64,000 bases of DNA from the human T2T-CHM13v2.0 reference genome, Homo sapiens (GCA_009914755.4 CP068257.2:14272001-14336000); one strand, 5' to 3'. Positions 27,985 to 39,963 are shown, counted from the first letter of the stretch. The notes: generated by a model not told the origin, from the letters alone. Program-made: numbers and translations.

Positions 27985-28905
27985 AGTTATTGGGGTACGG
28001 GTATATTTGGCTACATGAGTAAGTTCTTCAGTGGAGATTCATGAGATCCTGGTGCACCCATCATCCAAGCAGTATACACTGCATCATATTTGTTGTCTTT
28101 TATCCCTTGCTCCCCTCCCACTCTTCCCCCCAAGTTCCCGAAGTCCATTATATCATTTTTATGCCTTTGTGTCCTCATAGCTTAGCTCCCACATATCATT
28201 GACAACATATGATCTTTGGTTTTCCATTCTTGAGTTACCTCACTTAGAATAATAGTCTCCAATCTCAACCAGGTCATTGCAAATGCTATTAATTCATTCC
28301 TTTTTATGGCTGAGTAGTATTCCACAGTTTCTTTACCCACTCCTTGATCAATAGGCACTTGGGTTGGTTCCACAATTTTGCATTTGTGAATTGTGTTGCT
28401 ATAAACATGAGTGTGCAAGTATATTTTTCAAATAATGGCTTCTTTTCCTCTGGGTAGATACCCAGTAGTGGGATTGCTGGATCAAATGGTAGTTCTATTT
28501 TTAGTTCTTTAAGAAATCTCCACACTGTTTTCTGTGGTGGCTATACTAGCTTACAATCCCACCAGCAGTGTAGAAGTGTTCCCTCATCACTGCACCCACG
28601 CCAACATCTCCTATTTTTCTATTTTTTGATTATGGCCATTTTTGCAGGAGTACGATAATTTTTTGACTATGACTTTTTTGCAGGAATACAGTGGTATCAC
28701 TTTGTGGTTTTGATTTGCATCTCCCTGATCATTAGTGAAGTTGAGCATTTTTTCAAATGTTTGTTGACCGTTAGTTTATCTTCTTTTGAGAATTGTCTAT
28801 TCATGTCCTTAGCCCACTTTTTGATGGGATTGTTTTATTCTTATTGATTTGTTTGAGTTTGTCGTAGATTCTGGATATTAGTCCTTTGTCAGATGTATAG
28901 ATTAT
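27985..28905 (-). mobile_element. LINE-1 3' fragment (ORF2 C-terminal ~300 codons), truncated at both ends; older L1P/L1M-type.
   Basis: Minus ORFs 28304..28525 ([55 protein letters not shown]) and 28182..28418 (EYYSAIKRNELIAFAMTWLRLETIILSEVTQEWKTKDHM) are homologous to the L1 ORF2p C-terminus. The DNA also shows the reverse complement of canonical L1 blocks (cccactttttgatgggattgtttt...ctggatattagtcctttgtcagatg). Confidence 0.85.
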
Positions 28906-31900
28906 GAAGAGTAAATCAACTACTGACCCTTATTTAGGCAGTGTGGTTTATATTCTGAAAATGACTCACAGATTTTGAAAAAATTACATAAAATTTTTAT
29001 AATTTTATAATTTTATTTCCGTCACACTTTCTCTGCATTTTTGCCATAAAATTTTCTTAAACTAAATGAATTTGAATAACTGCCCTGTGATTTACTTAGG
29101 AAAATTGCTTGTGTATCTGTTTCCTCATTTGTAAAATAAAAATAACAAAACCTTGTTCTTAAGATTGTTTAAAGGACTCAGTGAGAAACATTTGAAAGTC
29201 CCTATAATCTGGCAGATGTCAGAAATATGAGTTTCCTTCCTTTCTTGACACCAGTGAGTGTAACAGAAAAGTAATAGAAATAATGCTTTAGTTAATTTTG
29301 GTTAGAAATAACCATGACTTTTGTCTCTACAGATCCTTGAATAGATGAGTTTTAAAGTCTGATTCATTCTTTAAAGTCTTTATTAATTCAATGGCATAAT
29401 AAAAACCTCACAGATAGAAGCCATCTTTTTATATCTCGCATTTTGATACCGTATCAAACCATTTTCCAGGTACCATTTAACTCACTCAATTGAGAAAGAC
29501 TGCATGCCTAGATTGCTGAAGACTTTTATTCCTTTCACAATCAGTTAACATTGGGAAGAAGTGCTTCGCAATAGTATACATGATGTAGTGTAAGGTAGAA
29601 TAGCACTTAACCATGGCATAAATTCAATTATAATGTGTCTTATATTATAAGGTATAACTAGGCAAAAATTAGATTCTAATTTTAGTTTATATAATTACTG
29701 TGATAAAAGATGTATTATAATGTTTAAGTACTGAGATTTTTTTTCTGGGTTTTTGCATTCCGATTCTCTATTATAGTTTTTTCTTCCCGTGGTGGTTTTC
29801 TGTCCTATCCTCCCTTTATAAAGTTGCAATACACATTTTAAAATGCAATTTCTGCATAGTTCCATTTTCTATGAAAGAGCAAACAGTTCAGCTAGGAAAA
29901 GAGAACAATATCAGCCTTTAGATAGTGTGGGCAAAACTGAGAGTCACTTCCCTTTCAGCTCAGCTTTGATTTCAAGTTACTTAAACTCTACCTGAAAACG
30001 CTTTTGTGTCATATACTTGTACGATGTAAATATCATCCAAATTAAAAATGTTAAAGCCTCAATGTCTTCTTTAAGTATTTATGAAAATAAAACAAGAAAC
30101 TATTTCTGATTATATTATCAATATTGAAAAGGAATGGTCAGTAAATATATGACATTTTATAGTCTTTGATCAAGAAAAGAGGAAGGTAATTTGAAAGTGT
30201 TTGTGTTGTATTTCTAACCTTATCTGCTGGAATTTATGTGTTATCTGTTGGAATTGCCAGCATATATAAGGCTATATGTTTTAAATAGCTGATTTGTTAA
30301 AGAGCCATCGAAAATATGAGTTTGAAAATAACAAAGGAATTTAATACTACTTAATAAATATTTTAGGGTTAAAAATAAGTGTTACATTTTCTTTAGTGGC
30401 ATATTTAAAAAGTTTCATCTCTTATTTATATCTCACAGTTTCAACACTTTACTGCAAACTTTAAATACTCATGGCAGGAACTTAGCATGAACAAAACAGT
30501 TTGCATGTCCTTATTTCCATGATAAACAAATTTTCCCAAGGCCCTTCTCTCTTTTCACAAAACTTAATTCATAGGGTATAACTTGATATCATTTGGCTTG
30601 ATATCATGTTCTATGTTTATCTTTTGTGAAGTTCCAGTCATATCTGAGTAAACATTTTCTCTCTTTTTAAAACCATTTGACAGAATTAAATGCACTGGGT
30701 TTTTATTCCTTCAATGTGTTATCACAATCTTTTTTTAAAAACTTATTCGATATCTAAGATCTGATGTACTTTAAGAAGTTCTTTTATTTGTGTTTTTGGT
30801 AATCTGTTTGTGTGTGTGCATGTGTTTTGTTTGTTTGTTTGTTTTAGCAAAACCTAAAAACTTCTTTGACTAAAAGAAACTTGCCTTGACAATAAATAAA
30901 AGATTATTTAGCTCTTATTCAAATTTTAAAAAACAAGTTTTGAAGTCAGTCCTTTTTATTCTGTTATTTGGTAATTATAGTAATACATTAAATTAATTCA
31001 GTCTTTATTTAGATTTTAGAGGACTCTTAGAAGTATTCCTTTTTTAAAACATGCACACTTTTTATGGTCATTATGGCTATTTTGTAATAAAGAAATGAAA
31101 GTGTGACTTGTTTGTAGTTACATAGTCCTGATTAGTGGAAAACCGGTCCTCCGATTCTCAAATCACCTCTTTCCACAAGACTTCACTGCCACGTCTGACC
31201 TCCAACTTGTTTTTGTTGCAAAATTTCCTTTTCATGTCGCCGGGTAAGCAAGGGTAACATAGCTCTCTGTGTTTTTGCAGCTTAGGGAAGTGAAATGAAG
31301 GGGTCATCAGAGTCAAGATGACAGTGGGATACTTAGTGCTTTCCTCATCAGGCTGCAGGTTAGCCCTTTCAGCCCTGCTGCCTTTGAAAACACACTTGAA
31401 AGTAACCCCTTCCACTCCAAGTGTTCAAAGATGAGCAAATCTTGTGGCGTTTACTAAACATAAAGAGTCATCAGCTTTACATGATCAGTTTGCAAAGAGA
31501 AAAGGGTGTGTAAGAGAAAAGAGTGTGTGTTAATGTGTCTCTTATGGCTTTCAGAATGTGGTGAAAAAGAAAACATGTAATCACAAGTAATTAATAAATA
31601 TCTATGCAGATAAAGGAGATAACAAATGGATAAGGGGGTGATTAGTGGTTACCCTGTTTTCTTTTGTCTCAATTATTAAAAAAAGTTTTTTTCATAAATA
31701 AATGGAAGAGCATATTAAAATTTCTCCACAATTATTTTCAACCCTCAAACTGTATTGTTAGGAAAGTATTTTTATAAAACCAGTAAAGGCACTAGAACTT
31801 GTTTACAGAACTAACCTATTTAGAATGAATACTACAAAAACATGCAAAAGAAATGTGTATTGTTCTGAAACTAAAGCTCAGGAACAATATAAATGAAGAA

Positions 31901-32559
31901 ACATCAAAGTAAGAAATGTTATCTCAACCAAATATGAGTCACTTACCATAACTTTGCCTATTGGATTTTAAAACTAGGGTTCTCTCACGTGTGGGTAGCA
32001 ATTTAGAAAGCAGCACTGTGTCCCAAAAGATTTCCTTTCCAGAAAAATATCATTAAAATATGTCTTCCTAGTAGAATCCCTGCTAATAAGATTAGAATAC
32101 ACCAGATAATTGTAGTAACTAATAAAGTCATGTTTTATATGGATACTAGCAGATTTCAGTAACTAAAGACTCATGTGCAATAAATATCCTAGGCAATTGA
32201 AGTCTTGTAACTGTAAACTCATGCATCTTTTCAAAGAAAATTCTAGCGTAAAGTATTGATTTTATAAACAATAACATCTTTATACACATTCATGGCATTG
32301 CAATTCAATTTTTTCCATATGTAATATTTTATTTGCTGAACTGTCAGAGTTTAAGTGCTGTGCAAAGCAGACATTTTCTGAAATTCACTTTACAATTTAA
32401 GATAAACTTCACTCCTCTTCTTCCCCACTCTTGTATCCATCTATTTTTGTCCAAATCATTCAAATAAAAACTATTTAGACTGAACTAAAGTTAAAGAATA
32501 AAGGAAGAATGGGTATGGTTGACAAAGGCAGCCTCTGTCCCATTATCATTATTCCTCTA

Positions 32560-33095
32560 AGTCAGCTTTTTGTACTATCCTTTACTCAGATTCCAAAAGT
32601 ACAATTCCTGGATCCTATGTTGGTTACAGGTTTAGTTCCATTAACAACTGCCAAACTGTTTTAAAGAGTGTTTGTGTGTTTTTTACATTCCCATCAGCAA
32701 TGTATGAGTGATCCTGCTTCTTCGCATGCTTGTTAATATTTGATGTCACCATTTTTTATTTTAGTCATTCTGAGAGGTATGTACTGATATTTCACTTTGA
32801 TTTTAATTTTTATTTCCCTAATTGCTAATGATGTTTTCCTATACTTATTTGCTCTCTCTACATGGGATATACATACGTATCTATATATTCATATCTGTTA
32901 TCTGTTTTCTGATTGGGTTGTTTTGTTACTGTTGAGTTTGAGAGTTGTTTATATATCCTAGATACTAAACCTTTATTGGATAAGCAGTTTGCAAATACTT
33001 TTGCCCAACTGTAGCTTGTCTTTTCGTTCTAACAAAGTTTCTTAACATAGGAAATGTTTTTAATTACAATTTGGTCTAATTTTGTTTTTATCTTT
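32560..33095 (-). mobile_element. Old L1M-type fragment, probably the left half of a copy split by the L1PA insertion at 33096.
   Basis: ctgccaaactgtttt...tttacattcccatcagcaatgtatgag...gcagtttgcaaatacttttgcccaactgtagcttgtcttttcgttctaacaaagtttc matches, as reverse complement, the L1 ORF2 blocks ggaactgccaaactgttttcca...ttacattcccaccagcaatgtatgag...tttgcaaatattttctcccattctgtaggttgtct. Confidence 0.6.
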
Positions 33096-36000
33096 CATTT
33101 TTAAGTTCAGGGATACATGTGCAAGTTTGTTACATAGGTAAAGTTGTGTCATGGGGATTTGTTGCACAGTTTATTTCATCACCCAGGTATTAAGCCCAGT
33201 ACACATTAGTTATTTCTCGTGATCTTCTTCCTCCTTTCACCCTTCACCCTCCAATAGACCCCACTGTGTGTTGTTCTCCACTATGCATCCATGTGTTCTC
33301 ATCATTTAGCTCCCACTTATAAGTTAGAACATTCAGTATTTGGTTTTCTGTTCCTGTGTTAGTTTGCTAAGGACAATGGCCTCCAGCTCCATCCATGTTT
33401 CTGCAAAGGAAATGACTTTGTTCTCTTTTGTGGCTGCATAATATTCCATAGTGTACATGTACCATATTTTTCTACTGCAAAAATGTTCTCCCATTCTGTA
33501 GGTTGCCTGTTCACTCTGGTGACAGTATTTTTGCTGTGCAGAAGCTCTTTAGTTTAATTAGATCTCATTTGTCTTTTGTTGCCATTGCTTTTGGTGTTTT
33601 AGTAATGAAGTCTTTGCCCATGCCTATGTCCTGAATGGTATTGCCTAGGTTTTCTTCTAGGGTTTTTCTGGTTTTAGGTCTTACATTTAAGGCTTTAATC
33701 CATCTTGAGTTAGTTTTTGTATAAGGTGTAAGAAAGGGGTCCAGTTTCAGCTTTCTGCATATGGCTAGCCAGTTTTCCCAAAACCATTTATTAAATAGGG
33801 AATCCTTTCCCCATTGCTTGTTTTTGTCAGGTTTGTCAAAGATCAAATGAGTGTAGATGTGTGGCATTATTTCTGAGGCCTCTGTTCTGTTCCATTGGTC
33901 TATATGTCTGTTTTGGTACCAGTACCATGCTGTTTTGGTTACTGTAGCCTTGTAGTATAGTTTGAAGTCAGGTAGTGTGTTGCCTCCTGCTTTGTTCTTT
34001 TTGCTTAGAATTGTCTTGGCTATTCGGGCTATTTTTTGGCTCCATATGAAATTTAAAGTAGTTTTTCTAATTCTGTGAAGAAAGTCAATGGTAGCTTAAT
34101 GGGGATAGCATTGAATCTATAAATTACTTTGGGCAGTATGGCCATTTTCATGATATTGATTCTTCCTATCCTTGAGCATGGAATGTTTTTCCATTTGCTT
34201 GTGTCCTCTCTTATTTCCTTGAGCAGTGGTTTGTAGTTCTCCTTGAAGAGGTCCTTCACATCCCTTATAAGTTGGATTCCTAGGTATTTTATTCTCTTTG
34301 TAGCAATTGTCAATGGGAGTTCACTCATGATTTGGCTCTGTTTGTCTATTATTGGCATATAGGAATTCTTGTGATTTTTGCACATTGATTTTATATTCTG
34401 AGACTTTGCTGAAATTGATTATCAGCTTAATGAGTTTTTGCGCTGAGACAATGGGGTTTTTAAACTATACAATCATGTCATCTGCAAACAGAGATAATTT
34501 GACTCCCTCTCCTCCTATTTGAATACCTTCATTTCTTTCTCTTGCCTGATTGCCCTGGCCAGAACTTCCATTGCTATGTTGAATGGGAGTGGTGAGAGAG
34601 GGCATCCTTGTCTTGTGCTGCTTTTCAAAGGGAATGCTTCCAACTTTTGCCCATTCAGTATGATATTGGCTGTGAGTTTGTCATAGATAGCTCTTATTAT
34701 TTTGAGATATGTTCCATCAATACCTAGTTTATTGAGTGTTTTTAGCATGAAGGAGTGTTGAATTTTGTCGAAGGTATTTTCTGCATCTATTGAGATAATC
34801 ATGTGGTTTTTGTCATTGGTTCTGTTTAGGTCTCTAAGGGGTCCAGTTTCAATTTGCATATGTTGAACCAGCCTTGCATCCCAAGGATTTGCATATGTCA
34901 AACCACCTTTGCATCCCAGGGATGAAGCCAACTTGATCGTGGTGGATAAACTTTCTGATGTGCTGCTGGATTTGGTTTGCCAGTATTTTATTGAGAATTT
35001 TTGCGTCAATGTTCATCAGAGATATTGGCCTGAAATTTTCTTTTTTTGTTGTGTCTCTGCCCAGTTTGGGTATCAGGATGATGCTGGCCTCATAAAATGA
35101 GTTAGAGAGGAGTCTCTCTTTTTCTATTGTTTGGAATAGTTTCAGAAGGAATGGTACCATTTCCTCTTTGTACCTCTGGTAGAATTTGGCTGTGAATCAA
35201 TCTGGTCCTGGGCATTTTTTGGTTGGTAGGTTATTAATTACTGCCTCAATTTCAGAACTTGTTATTTGTCTATTCAGGGATTCAACTTCTTCCTTGTTTA
35301 GTCTTGGGAGGGTGTATGTGTCCAGGAATTTATCCATTTCTTCTAGATTTTCTAGTTTATTTTCATAGAGGTGTTTATAGTATTCTCTGATGGTGGTTTG
35401 TGTTTCTGTGGGGTCAGTGGTGATGTCCCCTTCATTATTTTTTATTGTGTCTATTTGATTCTTCTCTCTTTTCTTCTTTGTTAGTCTGGCTAGGGGTCTA
35501 TCTATTTTGTTGATCTTTTCAAAAAACCAGCTCCTGGATTCATTGATTTTTTTGAAGGGTTTTTTGTGTCTCTATCTCCTTCAGTTCTGCTCTGATCCTG
35601 GTTATTTCTTGTCTTCTGCCAGCTTTTGAATGTGTTTGCTCTTCCTTCTCTAGTTCTTTTAGTTGTGATGTTAGGGTGTCAATTTTAGATCTTTCCTGCT
35701 TTCTCCTGTGGGCATTTAGTACTATAAATTTCCTCCTGAACGCTGCTTTAGCTGTGTCCCAGAGATTCTGGCATGTTATGTCTTTGTTCTCATTGGTTTC
35801 AAAGAACTTATTTATTTCTGCCTTAATTTCATTATTTACCCCGTAGTCATTCAAAAGCAGGTTGTTCAGTTTCCATGTATTTGTGCGGTTTTGAGTTTCT
35901 TAATCCTGAGTTCCAATTTGATCTCACTGTGGTTTGAGATGATGTTTGTTATGATTTCTATTCTTTTATATTTGCTGAGGAGTGTTTTACTTTCAATTAT

Positions 36001-36241
36001 GTGGTCAGTTTTAGAATAAGTGCGATGTGGTGCTGAAAAGAATGTATATTCTGTTGATTTGGGGTGGAGAGTTCTGTAGATGTCTATTGTACACACTTGG
36101 TCCAGAGCTGTGTTCAAGTCCTGAATAACCTTGTCAATTTTCTGTCTCCTTGATCTAATATTGACAGTGGGGTGTTAAAGTCTCCCACTATTATTGTGTG
36201 GGAGTCTAAGCCTCTTTGTAGGTCTCTAAGAACTTGCTTTA
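33096..36241 (-). mobile_element. LINE-1 (L1PA/L1PB-type), 3' end through the ORF2 start (5'-truncated, ~3.15 kb); ORF2 broken into many frames.
   Basis: 33096 onward is the reverse complement of the L1PA 3' end (aagttcagggatacatgtgcaagtttgttacataggtaaagttgtgtcatgg...). Minus ORFs match ORF2p: 33565..33867 ([37 protein letters not shown]), 34053..34385 ([45 protein letters not shown]), 34515..35009 (RT: [32 protein letters not shown]...[28 protein letters not shown]), 34849..35160, 35540..35854, 35866..36117 (EN) and 36312..36494. Confidence 0.9.
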
Positions 36242-36790
36242 TTAAAAATAGTCATTCTGACTGATGTGGGGTAGTATCTCATTGTGATTTTGCTGTGCAT
36301 TTCTCTAATGATCAGTGAAGCTGAGCTTTTTTTTCATATGATTGCTGATTGCACGTTTTGTCTTCTTTTGAAAAGTGTCTGTTCATATCCTTTGCCCACT
36401 TTTTAATGGGGTTGTTTGTTTGTTTTTTCTTGTAAATTTGTTTAAGTTTCCTATAGAGGCCGGGTATTAGACCTTTGTCAGATGCAGTTTGCAAAAACTT
36501 TTTCCCATTCTGTATGTTGTCTGTCCACTCTCTTGAGAGTTTCCTTTGCTCTGAAGAAGCTCTGTAATTTAATTAGATCCCATTTGTCAATTTTTTCTGT
36601 TGTGGTAATTTCTTTTGGTGTATTCGTCATGAAATCATTGCTGATTCCTATGTCCAGAATGGTATTGCCAAGGTTATCTTGCAGGGTTTTTATAGCTTTG
36701 GGATTTACCTTTACATCTTTTAAACCATCTTGAGTTTATTTTTGTATATGGTGTAAATAAGGGTCCAGTTTCAATCTTCTGCATATGTTC
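36242..36790 (-). mobile_element. Misplaced ~550-bp LINE-1 distal-ORF2 fragment inserted or recombined into the ORF2 start region.
   Basis: The sequence is the reverse complement of distal ORF2 (ttaaaaatagtcattctgactgatgtggggtagtatctcattgtgattttgctgtgcatttctctaatgatcagtgaagctgagc...ccagtttcaatcttctgcatatg). It is flanked on both sides by diverged copies of the ORF2-start segment tctcccac(t/g)attattgtgtggga(g/a)tcta (36181-36241 and 36797-36870). Confidence 0.75.
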
Positions 36791-37690
36791 ATGTCTCCCA
36801 CGATTATTGTGTGGGAATCTACATTTCTTCGAAGGTCTTTATGACCTTGCTTTGTGAATCTGGGTGCTCCCATTTTGGGTGAATATATATTTAGAGTAGT
36901 TAGATTTATTTTGTTGTTAAATTGAACTCTTTACCATTATGTAATGCCCTTCTTTATCTTTTCTTATTTTGTTGATTTAAAGTCTGTTTTGACAGAAACT
37001 AGGATTTCAACCCCTGCTTTTTAAATTTTCCATTTGCTTGGTAGATTTTTCTCCATTTTTTAAATTTTGAGCCTATGTGTGTCATTGCATATGAGATAGG
37101 TCTCTTGAAGACAGCATATCAATGGGTCTTGGTTCTTTCTCCAACTTGCCACTCTGTGTCTTTTAACTGGGGGCATTTAGCCCATTTACATTTAAGGTAA
37201 CTATTGATATGTGTGGATTTGATCCTGTCATCGTAATATTAGCCGTTTATTTTGAAGACTTGTTTATGTGGTTTCTTTATAGTGTCACTGGTCAGTGTAC
37301 TTCAGTGTGTTTTTGTAGTGGCTGGTAATGGTCTTTCCTTTCCATAGGTGCTTCCTTCAGGAGTTCTTGTAAGGCAGGTCTGGTGCTAACAAAGTCCCTC
37401 AGCATTTGCTTGCCTGAAAATGATCTTACTTCTCATTTGCTTATGAAGCTTAGTTTGGCTGGATATAAAATTCTGGGTTGGAATTTATTTTAAGAATGTT
37501 GGATATTGGCCCCCTGTCTCTTCTGGCTTGTAGGGTTTCAGCTGAGAGGTCCAGTGTTAGTCTGATGGACTTCCCTTTGTAGGTGACCTGTACTTTCTCT
37601 CTAGCTTCCTTTAACATTTTTTCTTCCACTTTGACCTTGGAGAGAATCTGATGATTATGTGTCTTGGGAACGATTCTGGTGCCTGGCTGG
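36791..37690 (-). mobile_element. Older LINE-1 fragment (ORF2 start, inter-ORF spacer, ORF1 C-terminus), 5'-truncated inside ORF1.
   Basis: Minus ORF 37450..37728 (SKVKVEEKMLKEAREKVQVTYKGKSIRLTLDLSAETLQARRDRGPISNILK) is a diverged L1 ORF1p C-terminus. The DNA parallels 1860-2500 of the first L1. Homology stops near 37690. Confidence 0.8.
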
Positions 37691-38289
37691 AATTCCAAGC
37701 CAATGGGTCTTACCCTGTGAGGTCCCATGGAAGTGGGCCCTGCAGGCTGTTGCTACTCAGCCCCCTGGATTCAGCCTCTATCTTGAGAGCATGTATGGGG
37801 GTCTACCATCCTGCTTTGGTGAAGTTGCCACTAGTTTAGCTGGGAAGCATGGAAAACCAGAGTATCTAAAGCTCCTGGGTCTCTTCACATGCCTGAGTGG
37901 CTGCTCTGTTGAGACTCCATGTAGCTCTGCGTGTCCGACTGAAGGCTTGGGTTCATGAGGGGCTCTCCAGACCGGACAGTTGCAAAGATCCATTGGAGAA
38001 ACATGGGTTCCTGAGGATGCACATTCACCCACCACCTCCCTGGGTGGGGGAGGTCCCCTTGGTTTTGTGTCACTCTCAGGTGGGCCATTGTCCTGCCTTG
38101 CTTTTCTCCACTCTCTGTAGGTGTAGTCATTTCCTTGATTAGTCCCAATGTGAGTACCTGAATGTCTCAGTTCAAGATTCTGTATTTTACTTACTTGCCC
38201 CTTCTGTTCCTCTCCATGAGAGCTGTACACATTAGCTGCTTGTAGTCAGTCACCCCAATTTCTTAATTTTTCTATTTATGGATCATTCT

Positions 38290-38725
38290 TTTGGTATCAA
38301 GTCTAAGAACTCTTTGTCTAATTCTGGATCCTAAAGATTTTCTTTTATTTTATGAAAGTTCTATAATTTTACATTTAAGTTCCTGATCCATTTTAACTTA
38401 ATCTTTGTATAAGGTGTGAGATTTAAGATAAAGTTTAATTTTTTTTCCTATGGCTGCCCAATGTTCTAGCACCATTGTCAAAAATGCTTCCTCCATTGAA
38501 TTGTTTTTGCACCTTTTCATAAAGTCAGTTGGGCGTATTTGTGTGAGTCTATTTCTGGATTCTCTTTTGTATTCCTCTTTATCTCTCAACCAATATTATA
38601 CACTCTCTTGATTACTATAGCTATACGGTAGGCATTAATATCAGGTAGACTTACTCATCATATTTTATTCCTTTCTTATTATTGTTTTAGCTATTCTAGG
38701 CTGCATGTGCCTGTCCATATAATTC
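38290..38725 (-). mobile_element. L1M-type fragment (distal ORF2), interrupted by an Alu.
   Basis: Minus ORF 38398..38589 (...NSMEEAFLTMVLEHWAAIGKKIKLYLKSHTLYKD) is homologous to L1 ORF2p ...FQQMVLGQLDIHMQKNE..PYLTPYTKI. The DNA reads gatccattttaacttaatctttgtataaggtgtgag...ctagcaccattgtcaaaaatgcttcctccattgaattg. Confidence 0.75.
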
Positions 38726-39016
38726 TTTTTTTTTTTTGAGATGGAGTCTTGCTTCACACATGTTGGAGTGCCATGGAGTAATCTTGGTTCACTGCAACCT
38801 CCGCCTCCTGGGTTTAAGCGATTCTTCTGTCTCAGCCTTCTGAGTAGCTAGAATTACAGGTGCCCATCACCACGCCTGGCTAATACTTGTATTTTTAGTA
38901 GAGACCAGGTTTTGCCATGTTGGCCAGCCTGATCTTGAACTCCTGACCTCAGGTGATCTGACTGCCTCAGCCTCCCAAAGCATTGGAATTACAGGTGTGA
39001 GCTGCCATGCCTGGCC
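38726..39016 (-). mobile_element. Alu SINE with target-site duplication, nested in L1M.
   Basis: Poly-T followed by the reverse complement of Alu consensus, ending cctcccaaagcattggaattacaggtgtgagctgccatgcctggcc. TSD ccatataa(t/a) at 38715-38725 and 39017-39025. The pseudo-ORF 38867..39061 lies inside it. Confidence 0.92.
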
Positions 39017-39514
39017 CCATATAAATTTTAGAATAAGCTTGTCTATGTCTACAAAAGGCATTACTGAGATTTTGATAGAAATTACATTAACCTATGGATC
39101 AACTTGAGCCCATTGATTTTTTTTTTTACTTTTTAAAGAACAGTTTCAAGGAGATATAATTCATGTAATATACAGTTTGCCCCTTTAAAGTGTACAATTA
39201 CATATATTTTCGTGTAGTCATAGAGTTGTGCACCATCACCACAGTCAATTTTAGAACATTTTTATTGTCCCCCAAAGAAACCCTGAACTGACCAGTAGTC
39301 ATTTCCCATTCCCTACCCACAATCCCCTCAGACCTAGGTAACCACTCATATACTATCTTTCTCTAGTTTATCTGTTTTGGAAATGTAATATAAACAGAAT
39401 CAAACAATATGCAGTCCTTGTCACTAGCTGCTTTAACTTAGCATGATATTTTCAAGGTTCATCCATGTTTTACAATATTTCCCTTTTTATGACTGAATAA
39501 TGTTCCATTGCATG
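39017..39514 (-). mobile_element. L1M-type fragments: the end of the copy interrupted by the Alu, then the 3'UTR and ORF2 C-terminus of a second copy.
   Basis: ccatataaattttagaataagcttgtctatgtctacaaaag parallels 41080-41130. 39130-39514 (aacagtttcaaggagatataattcatgtaatatacagtttgcccctttaaagtgtacaatt...catgatattttcaaggttcatccatgttttacaatatttccctttttatgactgaataatgttccattgcatg) is the reverse complement of the L1M 3' region. Confidence 0.65.
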
Positions 39515-39963
39515 TGTGGTGGTTAATACTAAGTGTCAACTCGATTGGATTGAAGGATGCAAAGTATTGATCCTGGGTATGTCTGCGAGAGAGGTGCCAA
39601 AGGAGATTATCATTTGTGTCAGTGAGCTGGGAAAAAGGCAGATCCACCCTTAATCTGGGTGGGCACCATCTAATCAGCTGCCAGTGTGGCTAGAATATAA
39701 AACAGGTAGAAAAACTTGAAAAGACTAGACTGGCCTAGTCTGCCAGCCTACATCTTTCTCCTGTGCTGGATGCTTCCTGCCCTTGAATGTAGGACTCCAG
39801 GTTCTTCAGTTTTGGGACTTGAACTGGATGTCCTTGCTCCTCAGCTTGCAGATGGCCTACTGTGGGACATTATGATCATGTGAGTTAATACTTAATAAAC
39901 TCATATATATATATATATATATGTCCTATTAGTTCTGTTCCTCTAAAGAACCCTGACTAATAC
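39515..39963 (+). mobile_element. Solo LTR of a MaLR-like family (MST/MLT-like) with an internal (TA)n, nested in L1M with ~4-5 bp target-site duplication.
   Basis: tgtggtggttaatactaagtgtcaactcgattggattgaaggatgc...ctaatcagctgccagtgtggctagaatataaaacagg...ctttctcctgtgctggatgcttcctgcccttgaatgtaggactccaggttcttcag...ttaataaactcatatatatatatatatatgtcctattagttctgttcctctaaagaaccctgactaataca. Flanks are (g)catg | LTR | (t)catg, and the L1M sequence continues on both sides. Confidence 0.8.

Noticed and set aside
33040-33095. T-rich stretch before the L1PA 3' end, initially read as its reverse-complemented poly-A tail
   Set aside because: On closer reading, ...aacaaagtttcttaacataggaaatgtttttaattacaatttggtctaattttgtttttatctttcattttt continues the older L1M fragment (reverse complement of gaagcacaaaagtttttaattttgatgaagtccaatttatctattttttc). 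The L1PA copy therefore has little or no visible poly-A here.
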